The position numbers and the translations under genes were made by a program. Shown here in pieces: positions 17,232 through 26,559 of a stretch of 43,098 nucleotides of DNA (position 1 is the stretch's first letter; the number at the start of each line of letters is the position of its first letter). The notes beneath the pieces are model-generated. The model was given only the letters and a program-made list of their open reading frames with translations. It had not been told where the DNA came from and ran no database searches. The stretch comes from a virus (taxonomy: Duplodnaviria > Caudoviricetes): IMG/VR virus record IMGVR_UViG_3300036783_000017, positions 1 to 43,098 of that record; one strand, written 5' to 3'.

Positions 17232-18629
17232 GTGTCAGACGCCCGGGGCCTACTACTTACGGGGCTAGCTAAGCGAAAGCTAGAGATTCCGGAACTGATC
17301 CGGGTTGATAAGTACATGCGTGGCGTTCAGGACATGCCTTACATGCCGAAAAAGGCTGAGGCGGAGTTCCGGACCCTCGTCGCGCGTTCGCTTGAGAACT
17401 GGCTACCGCTGATTGTTGGCGTGGTTGCTCAGAATCTTCGGGTTGAGGGTTACCGGTCCGCCGATAACCCGGATGACCTAGAGCCGTGGGGCTACTGGGA
17501 TGCGAACCAGATGGATTCGCGGCAGAACGCCGTTCACCGTGCAGCGCTGACATTCGGTGTCGGCTACGTTGCGGCGCTACCGGGGGACAGTGGTCCGGCT
17601 ATCCGGCCCATGTCTCCGCTCTCGGTTACGGGTCTCTCCGAAGAGCTTGACGCCGAATGGCTAGACGCTGCGGTGAGATTCCTTGGCCATGCGAAGGATG
17701 ACACCGGCAACAAGCTAGAGCGGTGGGAGATTTGGGACGCTGAGACCGTCACTGAGGTTCTGACCCCCGAAGGGGAGCACGACAAGGCGGATAAGTGGCG
17801 CATCGTCCGTGAGGACTACCACGGCGCTTCCCGCTGCCCCGTTGTGCCGTTCCGGAACCGATGGGCTGACGCGCCCGACACGAAGCCGCATGAGCTTGGT
17901 GAGGTTGCGCCCCTGATACCGATTCAGGACCGACTCAATGAGACCACGCTCAACATGAAGATTGCCGAGAGCTATTCGGCATTCCGGCAGCGTTGGGCTA
18001 CGGGAATCAGCATCCCGCGCGACCCGAAGACGGGCCGACCGGTTGAGACCTTCCGCGCGGCCGTTGACCGCATGTGGATGGTTGAGAACAAGGATGTGAA
18101 GTTTGGTGAGTTCGGCCAGACGGACCTAACGGGTTACCTCTCGTCTCGGGAGGCTGCCATTAAGTCCATGAGCGCGATTGCTCAGGTACCGCCGCATTAC
18201 CTACTTGGCGGAATGGTCAATATCAGTGCCGACGCGCTGACGGCTGCCGAAAGTGGGTTGAGTCGCAAGGTGCACGAACGGCAAACGATGTTCGGTGAGG
18301 CGTGGGAACAGGTTCTCAGGCTAGCCGCTGAGATTGACGGCAAGTCCGCATCGGTTGAAGACACTTCGGCCCGGATCATTTGGCATGACGCCGAAGCCCG
18401 GTCGCTCTCGCAGACTGTTGACGCTCTCGGCAAGCTCTCTCAGATGCTCGGTGTTCCTGCTGACGCACTGTGGGAACGGGTTCCGGGTGTTACGGCGTTC
18501 GACGTTGCCGCGTGGCGTAAGGCGAAGGATCGGGAAGCGTCTACGGACCTAGTGGCACAGCTCATGACCGGGCAGCACACTTCGGACACCGTGCCGGACG
18601 ACGAGGGGGCCCCCGTTGGCGGTGAGTGA
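17232..18629 (+). CDS. Portal protein (SPP1 gp6-like)
   Basis: ENWLPLIV, WDANQMD, PVVPFRN, FGEAWEQV; position after terL. Confidence 0.92.
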   Translation: MSDARGLLLTGLAKRKLEIPELIRVDKYMRGVQDMPYMPKKAEAEFRTLVARSLENWLPLIVGVVAQNLRVEGYRSADNPDDLEPWGYWDANQMDSRQNAVHRAALTFGVGYVAALPGDSGPAIRPMSPLSVTGLSEELDAEWLDAAVRFLGHAKDDTGNKLERWEIWDAETVTEVLTPEGEHDKADKWRIVREDYHGASRCPVVPFRNRWADAPDTKPHELGEVAPLIPIQDRLNETTLNMKIAESYSAFRQRWATGISIPRDPKTGRPVETFRAAVDRMWMVENKDVKFGEFGQTDLTGYLSSREAAIKSMSAIAQVPPHYLLGGMVNISADALTAAESGLSRKVHERQTMFGEAWEQVLRLAAEIDGKSASVEDTSARIIWHDAEARSLSQTVDALGKLSQMLGVPADALWERVPGVTAFDVAAWRKAKDREASTDLVAQLMTGQHTSDTVPDDEGAPVGGE

Positions 18630-19380
18630 CCTAGGCGGGAAGCTCACCGAAGCACATCAGCGGGCCCAACGAGCCCTAACGGGCCGTGCGCTTAAGGACC
18701 TTGAAGCGGCGTGGTCGGTGGTTGATCCTGCCGACCCCGTTTCGATGTTGCGCTATGCCGAGACCGCTGAACGGATCGTTAAGCGGGCTCACTCGGCTTC
18801 GGCTCGTACCGCGCTGAGCTACCTAAACCGGTTCCGTAAGGCTGAGCTGAACGCGCTTGGGCTCGTCGCTGACGGGCTCAATGTGGCGCTTCCGAACGAG
18901 CTGAGCGCGGGTGAGGTTGAGCGCTTGGTGAATCGTTACGGCCAAGGGTTTATGGCCCGGTTGATCAACGGTGGGGCATCTGCCGAAGAGGCCAAGAGGC
19001 TAGCTCTTGCTCGTCAGTTGGGGGATGTAGTCGGTTCGGTTCTGTCGGGTGGCCGGAAGGTCGTTGACGACGGGATCAGTAACGACCGTCGCTGTATTGG
19101 GTGGCGGCGCGTTGCTTCCCCTTCGTGTTGTTCGTTCTGCGCCATGCTCGCTAGCCGTGGCGCGGTCTACAAGGATCAGAAATCCGCTCTTGGTTCTCGC
19201 AAGGGTGGTGGACGAGGTGGCCGGGGTGCGGGTGTTCATCGCGCCTGTCAGTGCCACATGGAGCCGGTCTATTCGAGAAAGTCCAAGCCTGCCCCCAACG
19301 AAGCGCGTTACGAGCGGCTTTGGCGTGAGGCCAACGGAGACCCGTTGCAGTTCCGCCGGTTGATTGAGGGTCGGGCGTAG
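18616..19380 (+). CDS. MuF-like minor head / capsid maturation protein
   Basis: CCSFCAMLASRG...HRACQC motif; sits between portal and scaffold. Confidence 0.8.
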   Translation: MAVSDLGGKLTEAHQRAQRALTGRALKDLEAAWSVVDPADPVSMLRYAETAERIVKRAHSASARTALSYLNRFRKAELNALGLVADGLNVALPNELSAGEVERLVNRYGQGFMARLINGGASAEEAKRLALARQLGDVVGSVLSGGRKVVDDGISNDRRCIGWRRVASPSCCSFCAMLASRGAVYKDQKSALGSRKGGGRGGRGAGVHRACQCHMEPVYSRKSKPAPNEARYERLWREANGDPLQFRRLIEGRA

Positions 19381-19384
19381 CCAT

Positions 19385-19425
19385 CCACCTACTCAAGTAG
19401 TAGGTGGCCCACGAGAGTTGAGGGG
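19385..19425 (+). repeat. Operator (19388-19404) plus RBS cassette, 39/41 identical to 26513-26553
   Basis: CCACCTACTCAAGTAGTAGGTGGnnCACGAGAGTTGAGGGG. Confidence 0.85.
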
Positions 19426-19430
19426 TGCGC

Positions 19431-19946
19431 GTGGCCGACGAGACCACCACCGACGAGACCACGGCGGAGACCGAAGAGGCTTCGGAGACTGCCGAGACCA
19501 CCACTGACACCGCCGGGGAGACTTCGGCCGGTTCGGGTGGTGCCGAGAGCACCGCTGAGGTTGAGCGCCTACGTGCTCAGCTTGCGGAGTACGCGCCGAT
19601 TGTTCAGGCGCACAAGGATGCCGAAGAGGCACGCAAGACCGAAGAGCAGAAGCTACGTGACGCGCTTGAGAGTGCCGAGCGTGAGCGGGACGAGGCGGCC
19701 CGGGTGCTTATGCGCCGTGAGGTTGCCGACGAGACGGGGCTATCCGCTGCCGTTGTGGATCTGCTCTCGGGTGCCACTAAGGACGAGCTACTTAAGGCAG
19801 CCAACGAGGTTGTTGCCCACACAAAGGGCCGTGTTGGTTCTCGTCCGGCTCCGAAGGTTGGCGGCGGCAAGGACGCCGTGAAGACCGAAGACGACATTGA
19901 CCCCGTTGCGCTTGCTCGGGCGATTGCGAAGCGTGCCCGTTTCTAA
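19431..19946 (+). CDS. Head scaffolding protein
   Basis: Acidic N-terminus and coiled coil; precedes the capsid gene. Confidence 0.85.
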   Translation: MADETTTDETTAETEEASETAETTTDTAGETSAGSGGAESTAEVERLRAQLAEYAPIVQAHKDAEEARKTEEQKLRDALESAERERDEAARVLMRREVADETGLSAAVVDLLSGATKDELLKAANEVVAHTKGRVGSRPAPKVGGGKDAVKTEDDIDPVALARAIAKRARF

Positions 19947-19973
19947 TCGGGCTCTTTCTAGAAAGGTTTGAAC

Positions 19974-20933
19974 GTGGCTCACGTTTTCGAAAAGGCGGAA
20001 AAGCTAACTGCTACCGCTCTCGCCCTTCTTGACCGGCAGGTTGTTCTAGCGAACATCATCGGTCGGGATTCCGGCGCTGAGTTCACCGGTGCCAAGGGTG
20101 ACACCGTGAACATCAAGCGTCCGTCTCGTCTCGCCGCGCGTAAGCAGGCGCTACGGGCGGACAACTCGGCTGGTATCCAGTCCGAGAACCTGAATGAGTG
20201 GTCCATCCCGGTTCGGCTGACCGACCACATTTACAACGCCGTGGACCTTACCGACGCTGAGCTAACGCTAGATATCACGAACTTCGCTGAGCAGGTTCTA
20301 GCGCCGCAGACTCACGCTATCGCGCGTGAGATTGAGCGTGAGACCGCCGCGAAGCTTGAGACGGCCCCGCTCATTGGTCAGGTTGAGACCGACGAGAACG
20401 GCGACCCTGTAGACGCTCAGGGTGTCCGGCGTGCGCTCGTCAAGGCGCGTAACAAGCTGAACCGTCAGGATGTGCCGCTTACCGGTCGCTACGCGATCGT
20501 TGGCGCTGACGTTGAGTCGGCCCTACTGAACGACCCGGTTCTAGTCCCCGTGGACACTTCGGGTTCGTCTGAGGTTCTGCGAGAGGCGACCATTGGTCGT
20601 CTTGCCGGGTTCAACATTGTCGTGTCCAACGACATTGACCCGCGTACGGCTATCTGCCTGCACCCTTCGGCGTACATCCTGGTTAACCGTGCCCCGGTTG
20701 TTCCGGTCTCGGCTCAGGGTTCTTCGTCCAGCGTTGAGGGTCTAGCGCTCCGTCTGGTCCGTGACTACAACTCCCACACCGCTTCGGACCGTTCGTTCGT
20801 TTCCTCGTACGTCGGTTTCGGTGAGGTTCTGGACGCTCCGGAGACGAGCACCGACCCGGCCAAGGATGCCAAGCAGATGCGCGCTGTTGCGTTCAAGCTT
20901 GCTGACGCTGCGGCCCCGGGTGGTGGCGAGTAG
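19974..20933 (+). CDS. Major capsid protein (P22 coat-like family)
   Basis: GAKGDTVNIKRP, VPLTGRYAIVG, LREATIGRLAGF; size and position. Confidence 0.9.
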   Translation: MAHVFEKAEKLTATALALLDRQVVLANIIGRDSGAEFTGAKGDTVNIKRPSRLAARKQALRADNSAGIQSENLNEWSIPVRLTDHIYNAVDLTDAELTLDITNFAEQVLAPQTHAIAREIERETAAKLETAPLIGQVETDENGDPVDAQGVRRALVKARNKLNRQDVPLTGRYAIVGADVESALLNDPVLVPVDTSGSSEVLREATIGRLAGFNIVVSNDIDPRTAICLHPSAYILVNRAPVVPVSAQGSSSSVEGLALRLVRDYNSHTASDRSFVSSYVGFGEVLDAPETSTDPAKDAKQMRAVAFKLADAAAPGGGE

Positions 20934-20935
20934 GA

Positions 20936-21370
20936 ATGGCTGAGCCTCTAGTCACGATTTCGGACTTTGAGGCTCGCCTACCCGAACCCCTGTCGGGGGA
21001 TGAGCGCCGACGCGCTGAACTCCTCTTGCAGGATGCTTCGGATTTGGTGCGTGAGGCGGTGGCGCCGGTTGAAATTCCGGTGCCCCCGCCTTTCGTTGTC
21101 CGTCAGCTTGTGATGGATCTTGCCGGGCGAGTCTTGAACAACCCGAAGGGCATCACTACCGAGAACATCGGTGATTACTCGTATTCGCTTTCCCGCACGT
21201 CGGTTAACGGCATGGCGCTTATGCCCGCTGAGCTTGAGTGGCTGTTCAAGGTGCTTGGGCTCTCGTCTATCGCGTCCGTGCATATGGCCTACGGGCCGGA
21301 CGTTATGACGCTGCGAGAGCACACCCCCGTTGGTTGGGCGGACGGCGAAGACGTTACGTGGGGGTGGTAG
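20936..21370 (+). CDS. Head-to-tail adaptor
   Basis: RAELLLQDASDLVR...NPKG..TENIGDYSYS; synteny. Confidence 0.8.
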   Translation: MAEPLVTISDFEARLPEPLSGDERRRAELLLQDASDLVREAVAPVEIPVPPPFVVRQLVMDLAGRVLNNPKGITTENIGDYSYSLSRTSVNGMALMPAELEWLFKVLGLSSIASVHMAYGPDVMTLREHTPVGWADGEDVTWGW

Positions 21371-21373
21371 TCG

Positions 21374-21721
21374 GTGCGTGCTGAGCTACTGCCGGACATG
21401 GTGACCATCGTTCACCCGGGCGTCTCAGTGGACCGCTACGGCAACGAACAGGACTCTTGGGGTACGGGGGCCCGGGAGACCGTGAACGGCCGTCTAGTGC
21501 CCCGTTCTGTGGCCGTACAGGGCAACGGCGAGCACGCCGGGCCCAAGCGTGAGTACACCGAAGCGGCATGGTCCCTGATTTTGCAGCCCGGAACGGCGAT
21601 TGATTCCCGCTGCCGGGTCGAAACCGAATACGGCTCATTCATGGTGCAGGGGCACCCGGTTGCGCGTCGCACAATGTCCCGTCAGCACCACATTACGGCG
21701 ACCCTTACGGCGGTGATGTGA
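21374..21721 (+). CDS. Head-to-tail stopper
   Basis: DRYGN motif; synteny. Confidence 0.75.
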   Translation: MRAELLPDMVTIVHPGVSVDRYGNEQDSWGTGARETVNGRLVPRSVAVQGNGEHAGPKREYTEAAWSLILQPGTAIDSRCRVETEYGSFMVQGHPVARRTMSRQHHITATLTAVM

Positions 21722-21722
21722 C

Positions 21723-22067
21723 GTGGCTCGTACCGGCGTACGCGTCGTGATTGACGAGGCGGCCATTAACCGCATTGCGCAGGGGGACGAGACGAAGGGG
21801 CTGTTGAACTCAGCCGCTCAGCAGGCGCTTTCGGTGGCTCGTTCCGGGGCCCCGAATGAAGAGGGTTTCAGTTCCTCGTTCTCGATTCGTGAGGGTGTCC
21901 ACGGGCGGGGCCGTGGCTCGTACGTGTGGGTTCGCGTGTGGAACTCTTCCCCGATTGCCAACCTGATTGAGTTCGGTGCACCTAAGCGCCGTGGTCCCCG
22001 CCGGAATGGCCGGTACCTGGGGCGTGCCTTTGATGCCGCCGTTGGTCGGCTGACGGGGGGTGGATGA
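21723..22067 (+). CDS. Neck / tail completion protein
   Basis: ANLIEFG...YLGRA; synteny. Confidence 0.7.
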   Translation: MARTGVRVVIDEAAINRIAQGDETKGLLNSAAQQALSVARSGAPNEEGFSSSFSIREGVHGRGRGSYVWVRVWNSSPIANLIEFGAPKRRGPRRNGRYLGRAFDAAVGRLTGGG

Positions 22068-22453
22068 TGCCCCCGGTTTTCCCGGACGTTGAGGCGATGA
22101 TCATTCGCTTTCTGCGGGAGCGGCTACCGGCCGGAATCGAGTACGGGACGTTTGTCCCGCACGACTACGACGGGTCAAGCCCGTTCGTCATGGTGCACCG
22201 AATCGGCGGGTTCATGAAGTGGCCCGCGCTGGATAACGCCACGGTTGAGATTGAGGTTTGGTCCGAGTCTCGTGAGCACGGCCACGACGTGGCACAGCTC
22301 GTTGTTTCCGAACTGATGGGGACAAGGCTCACCGGTCAGCCCTTTGCCCGTGTCGTTGTGATCGCCGGTCTTGTCTACATGGTTGAGGACCTTTCGGAAC
22401 TCTCCCAATGGGTCGGCACTTATCAAATTTCCGTTAGACCTGAAAGGGGCTGA
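22064..22453 (+). CDS. Tail terminator
   Basis: FPDVEAMII.FL, PFVMVHRIGG; precedes the major tail gene. Confidence 0.75.
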   Translation: MMPPVFPDVEAMIIRFLRERLPAGIEYGTFVPHDYDGSSPFVMVHRIGGFMKWPALDNATVEIEVWSESREHGHDVAQLVVSELMGTRLTGQPFARVVVIAGLVYMVEDLSELSQWVGTYQISVRPERG

Positions 22454-22456
22454 CCC

Positions 22457-23059
22457 ATGGCGCGAGATGCTGAGGGTTTCAATACTGACCTAGTGCGGGT
22501 GGCAGTCACCGGCACCATTTACAAGGCGGAGACCGGCGCTGAGATGCCCGCACCGGGTGCACCGGTCGGCAAGGACTTCGTTCCTCTTGGCACGTTCGAT
22601 GATGACGGCGTTGAGCATGAGTTCAGCGAGGATACCGAAGAGGTCAAGAGCTGGCAGCGTGGCACTGTCCGCGTGATTGTCACCGGCCGTTCGCTGACTC
22701 TCAAGATGAACGCTCTTGAGTCGTCCCCGGCGGTGCTTGAAGAGTTCTACGGTTCCGTTCCGGAGATTGACGCCGACACGAAGAGCGTCACTCTCGATAT
22801 CAAGCCGAGCGTTTCCCGTCCCAAGTCCGCGTACCTGTTTGAGTGGAAGGACGGTGACGACAAGGTTTGGCGAATGCTGATCCCGACCGGACAGGTTTCC
22901 GAAGTCGAGTCGCCTAAGTTCTCGTCCGCTGAGGCGGTGGCGTGGGGCATGACCGTTCAGGCTCTCGGCGGTGGTGAGCTGCTGGCACAGTGGCAGATCA
23001 CTGACCCGGCGTTCGCTGCGGACATGCCTACGGACAACGTTCCCCCGTCCGGCGAGTAA
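22457..23059 (+). CDS. Major tail protein
   Basis: LGTFDDDGV...EVKSWQ; 200 aa; synteny. Confidence 0.88.
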   Translation: MARDAEGFNTDLVRVAVTGTIYKAETGAEMPAPGAPVGKDFVPLGTFDDDGVEHEFSEDTEEVKSWQRGTVRVIVTGRSLTLKMNALESSPAVLEEFYGSVPEIDADTKSVTLDIKPSVSRPKSAYLFEWKDGDDKVWRMLIPTGQVSEVESPKFSSAEAVAWGMTVQALGGGELLAQWQITDPAFAADMPTDNVPPSGE

Positions 23060-23072
23060 TCCCCGGGTGGCA

Positions 23073-23089
23073 CCTACTACTTGAGTAGG
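23073..23089 (-). promoter_or_regulatory. Operator (reverse orientation) in a terminator-like hairpin after the major tail gene
   Basis: GGCACCTACTACTTGAGTAGGTGCC with CTCTTTT downstream. Confidence 0.85.
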
Positions 23090-23140
23090 TGCCCCCGCCC
23101 GCCCCTCTTTTCTAGCTTTCGATCTAAGGAGAGTTCCCCT

Positions 23141-23440
23141 ATGTCTAAGCCCAACAAGGCGCGGTACAACCTTGAGACCCTGCGTAAGGCTCACGCCGAC
23201 AAGAACGGCGGTGACGCTATCGCGTTTGAGTTCGCGGGTGAGTCGTTCGAGATTGCGGCCCCTGGTTTCTGGCCGGACGCTGCGAAGGTTGCCCTTAAGG
23301 AGGGTGACGACATCGGGGCGGCTCACGCGCTCATGGGTGACCGTTACGACGAGTTCACCGGCATGGGTGGACGCGCTGACGACGTGATGATTGTTGTTGC
23401 CGCGTACGCCGATGACCAGGGTATTGACCTGGGGGAATAA
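23141..23440 (+). CDS. Tail assembly chaperone (G)
   Basis: AAGGAG RBS; ends CTG GGG GAA TAA. Confidence 0.85.
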   Translation: MSKPNKARYNLETLRKAHADKNGGDAIAFEFAGESFEIAAPGFWPDAAKVALKEGDDIGAAHALMGDRYDEFTGMGGRADDVMIVVAAYADDQGIDLGE

Positions 23441-23859
23441 CGGCGCTCGCTGAGTTCGTGGATGAGTACGGCGAAGACCTAGAGTCGGACCTACTCAGGT
23501 TTTGGGGACTTGACCTAGTGGCGGAATTGGGAACCCCCCGGCTGACTTGGCGTCGGCTGAGGGTCCTAATTGAGCGACTGCCGCCGGAATCGGCGGTGTA
23601 CCGGTCGATTGCCGGTGAAGAGTCGGCCATGTGGACCCCGGACCGCCACCTACTAGCGGGCGTAATTGATCGGTTGGGCGTGGTGTCCTACCTACTCGGC
23701 GGAACCCTCGTGGGTCTCGGCGCTGTTAAGGAAAACCCCGTACCCGAACCGAAGCCGTTGGAGCGTCCCGGCGTGGACGCTGAGCGTAAGACCGTCAACG
23801 GGAACCGTGGCCTTATGTCGCTCGCTCAAAAGATGGGGCAGCCCGTGAAGCTGACATAA
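23141..23859 (+). CDS. Tail assembly chaperone GT, made by a -1 frameshift at GGGGGAA (23431-23437)
   Basis: The -1 frame (GGA ATA ACG GCG...) is open and in frame with ORF 23458-23859. Confidence 0.85.
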
Positions 23860-23875
23860 ATCAACAGGGGGTGGC

Positions 23876-26512
23876 ATGGCCACGGCTAACGCGATGCGCG
23901 CGGGTGCTGCGTACATCGAACTACAGGCACGAGCGGACCGGCTTATGTCGGACGTTCAGCGGGCAGCGCGTCAAGCTGGTATGGCTGCCGGGCAGACACT
24001 CACACGGTCCATGAGCGACCGTATGTCGTCTCTCGGCAGTTCCATGCAAGGTGTGGGCAACACGCTTACACGGAACGTCTCGCTGCCCCTCGCTGGAATC
24101 GGTACCGCCGTTATCAAGATGGGGTCCGACTTTCAGTATCAGATGGAGCGCGTCAAGAACATTTCACTAGCCACCGGCAGTGACTTTGACATGATGCGTA
24201 AGCAGGCTAAGGACTTGGGCGCGTCTACTCAGTTCAGCGCCACACAAGCCGCTGAGGGCATGGAATATCTCGCCATGGCGGGGTTCAAGCCCAAGGAAAT
24301 TTACCAAGCGATGCCCGCCGTTCTGAACGGTGCCGCTGCCGCGAACATGCAGCTTGGCGATACGGCCAACATCGTTTCTAACATCATGACCGGCTTCGGT
24401 CTCAAGGCGACTGAGGCGACCCGCGCGACTGACCTTCTTACTAAGGCTTCGCAGATGGGTAACGTTGACGTTGCCGGGCTTGGTGAGTCGTTCAAGTACG
24501 GCGGCTCCATGGCCAAGATGGCGGGACTTTCCGTTGAGGAAACCGCCGCAGCGTTCACCCTGATGGGCAACGCCGGTATGCAGGGTTCCATGGGTGGTAC
24601 GGCCGTTGGTGCGGCTCTCCGCTCGATGATGAAGCCGAGCAAGTTTGCCAAGAAGGAAATGGATGCCCTAGGGCTTTCATTCCAGACGGCGGACGGCAAG
24701 CTAAAGCCCCTACCGCAGATCATTGACGAAGTGGGCAAGTCCGGGGCCACCAACGAACAGTTCCTTCGTATCTTCGGTACCGAAGGTGGCCGCGCCATTT
24801 CGGCACTGTCCGAACAGGGTTCGGACGCTATGCGGAAGCTGACGAAGGAGATTGAGGGGGCGTCCGGCACTACCGACCGGTTCGCTAAGAACATGGGCAC
24901 CACCGCTAAGGCGGGAATGCAGGGGTTCACCTCAGCCCTTGAGGGTTTGGCGATTGCCATTTCTGAGTCAGGCGTCTTGGAGGCGTTTACTCAGGTTCTC
25001 ACCAAGGTAACCGAGTTGGTTCGGAAGCTGACGGAGACCAACCCCACCATCTTCAAGTGGGGCTTTGCGTTTCTCGCTGTTACTGCGGCCATGGGCCCGA
25101 CCATCAAGGTTGCGGGTGTGCTGTTCGGCTGGACGGCAAAGCTTGGCCCGGCGTTCGGGTTCGTCTCACGAGCAACTACGGGGACAGTCGGGGCACTTGG
25201 GCGACTCTCCGCCGGGTTCCGTTCGTCTCAGGCTGCCGGTTCGGCGTTCTCGGGACGCATGGGCACCATAGGCGGGGCGATACGCACGGGCGTAAACGCC
25301 GTGGGCTCAGGTCTGCGGTCTATGGCCACGGGGGCTTTGAGTCTCGGGCGTTCAGCCGGTACGGCTGCCGCGAACGTGGGCCGGTCCATGGCAACCATGG
25401 TCGTCAGTTCTGCCCGCGCTGCCGTTCAGTTCACCGCCCAAATGGTCCGCATGGCCGTTGCTGCGGCTGCCAGCATGGCCCGGATTGCTTTGCAGTTCAC
25501 CGTACAAGCGGCTGTGGCCACGGGTCAGTTCCTCGTTTCCATTATTCGGGTTGCGGCTACCACGGTTGCTCAGTTCGTGATGATGGCTGCCCGCGCGGTT
25601 GTGTGGGCGGCAGTCATGGCAGCTCAGTGGCTTATAGCCATGGGGCCGATTGGTTGGATTACTGCGGCGGTCATTGCCCTAGTCGTTCTCGTCGTCGCCA
25701 AGTGGGATGCCATCAAGGCGGCCACGCTGGCAGTGTGGAACTGGATTTGGGACAAGATCAAGGCCGTAGCCGGATTCATCAAGGACATCTTCCTTAAGTG
25801 GACCCTAGTTGGGATCATTATTTCCAAGTGGGATGCCATCAAGTCCGGCACGGTCAGCGTGTGGAACGCCATTGTGAGTTGGATCAAGGGCATCCCCGGG
25901 AAGGTCGTTGGGTTCTTCCTGAACTGGACGCTTGTTGGTTTGATCATCAAGCATTGGGATTCGATCAAGTCCGGTACTCAGCGCGTCGCAGGTTCGATGC
26001 TCAGCTACGTCAAGGGCTTGCCCCGTCAAATAGTTGGGTTCTTCGGCAACTTCGGTTCCATGCTGTACGGCAAGGGCAAGGATCTAATCCGGGGTCTATG
26101 GAACGGCATTAAGGCCATGGGCGGTTGGCTCAAGTCAACGCTTATGGGTTGGGCCAAGAACATGATTCCCGGGCCGATTGCTAAGGCTCTCGGCATCCAC
26201 TCACCTTCGCGGCTCATGCGGGACCAAATCGGCCGGTGGATTCCGCCGGGTGTGGTTGAGGGCATTGACGAGGCTGCCCCCATGGTGGATGACGCCATGC
26301 AGAATCTCGTCAAGGTGCCCACGCTTCCGAAGATGCCCACGCTTGAGATGCCGATTGCTGCGGGCGCGTTCCCGGGTGCCGCTGTTCCGGCTATGGCCGG
26401 TGGTCCGGCGCTGACCAACAGTTCCGGCGTAACGGTGAATGTGCAGACGAACGCCGACGCTCACCAGATCGGGCGGGAAGTCGCGTGGACCCTTCGGACT
26501 GCACCTAGGTAA
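23876..26512 (+). CDS. Tape measure protein
   Basis: 878 aa, Ala-rich, TP901-type core (STQFSATQAAEGMEYLAMAG), Trp-spaced repeats, LGIHSPSR. Confidence 0.95.
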   Translation: MATANAMRAGAAYIELQARADRLMSDVQRAARQAGMAAGQTLTRSMSDRMSSLGSSMQGVGNTLTRNVSLPLAGIGTAVIKMGSDFQYQMERVKNISLATGSDFDMMRKQAKDLGASTQFSATQAAEGMEYLAMAGFKPKEIYQAMPAVLNGAAAANMQLGDTANIVSNIMTGFGLKATEATRATDLLTKASQMGNVDVAGLGESFKYGGSMAKMAGLSVEETAAAFTLMGNAGMQGSMGGTAVGAALRSMMKPSKFAKKEMDALGLSFQTADGKLKPLPQIIDEVGKSGATNEQFLRIFGTEGGRAISALSEQGSDAMRKLTKEIEGASGTTDRFAKNMGTTAKAGMQGFTSALEGLAIAISESGVLEAFTQVLTKVTELVRKLTETNPTIFKWGFAFLAVTAAMGPTIKVAGVLFGWTAKLGPAFGFVSRATTGTVGALGRLSAGFRSSQAAGSAFSGRMGTIGGAIRTGVNAVGSGLRSMATGALSLGRSAGTAAANVGRSMATMVVSSARAAVQFTAQMVRMAVAAAASMARIALQFTVQAAVATGQFLVSIIRVAATTVAQFVMMAARAVVWAAVMAAQWLIAMGPIGWITAAVIALVVLVVAKWDAIKAATLAVWNWIWDKIKAVAGFIKDIFLKWTLVGIIISKWDAIKSGTVSVWNAIVSWIKGIPGKVVGFFLNWTLVGLIIKHWDSIKSGTQRVAGSMLSYVKGLPRQIVGFFGNFGSMLYGKGKDLIRGLWNGIKAMGGWLKSTLMGWAKNMIPGPIAKALGIHSPSRLMRDQIGRWIPPGVVEGIDEAAPMVDDAMQNLVKVPTLPKMPTLEMPIAAGAFPGAAVPAMAGGPALTNSSGVTVNVQTNADAHQIGREVAWTLRTAPR

Positions 26513-26553
26513 CCACCTACTCAAGTAGTAGGTGGGTCACGAGAGTTGAGGGG
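26513..26553 (+). repeat. Operator (26516-26532) plus RBS cassette, near-duplicate of 19385-19425
   Basis: Direct sequence comparison. Confidence 0.85.
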
Positions 26554-26559
26554 GGCCGT

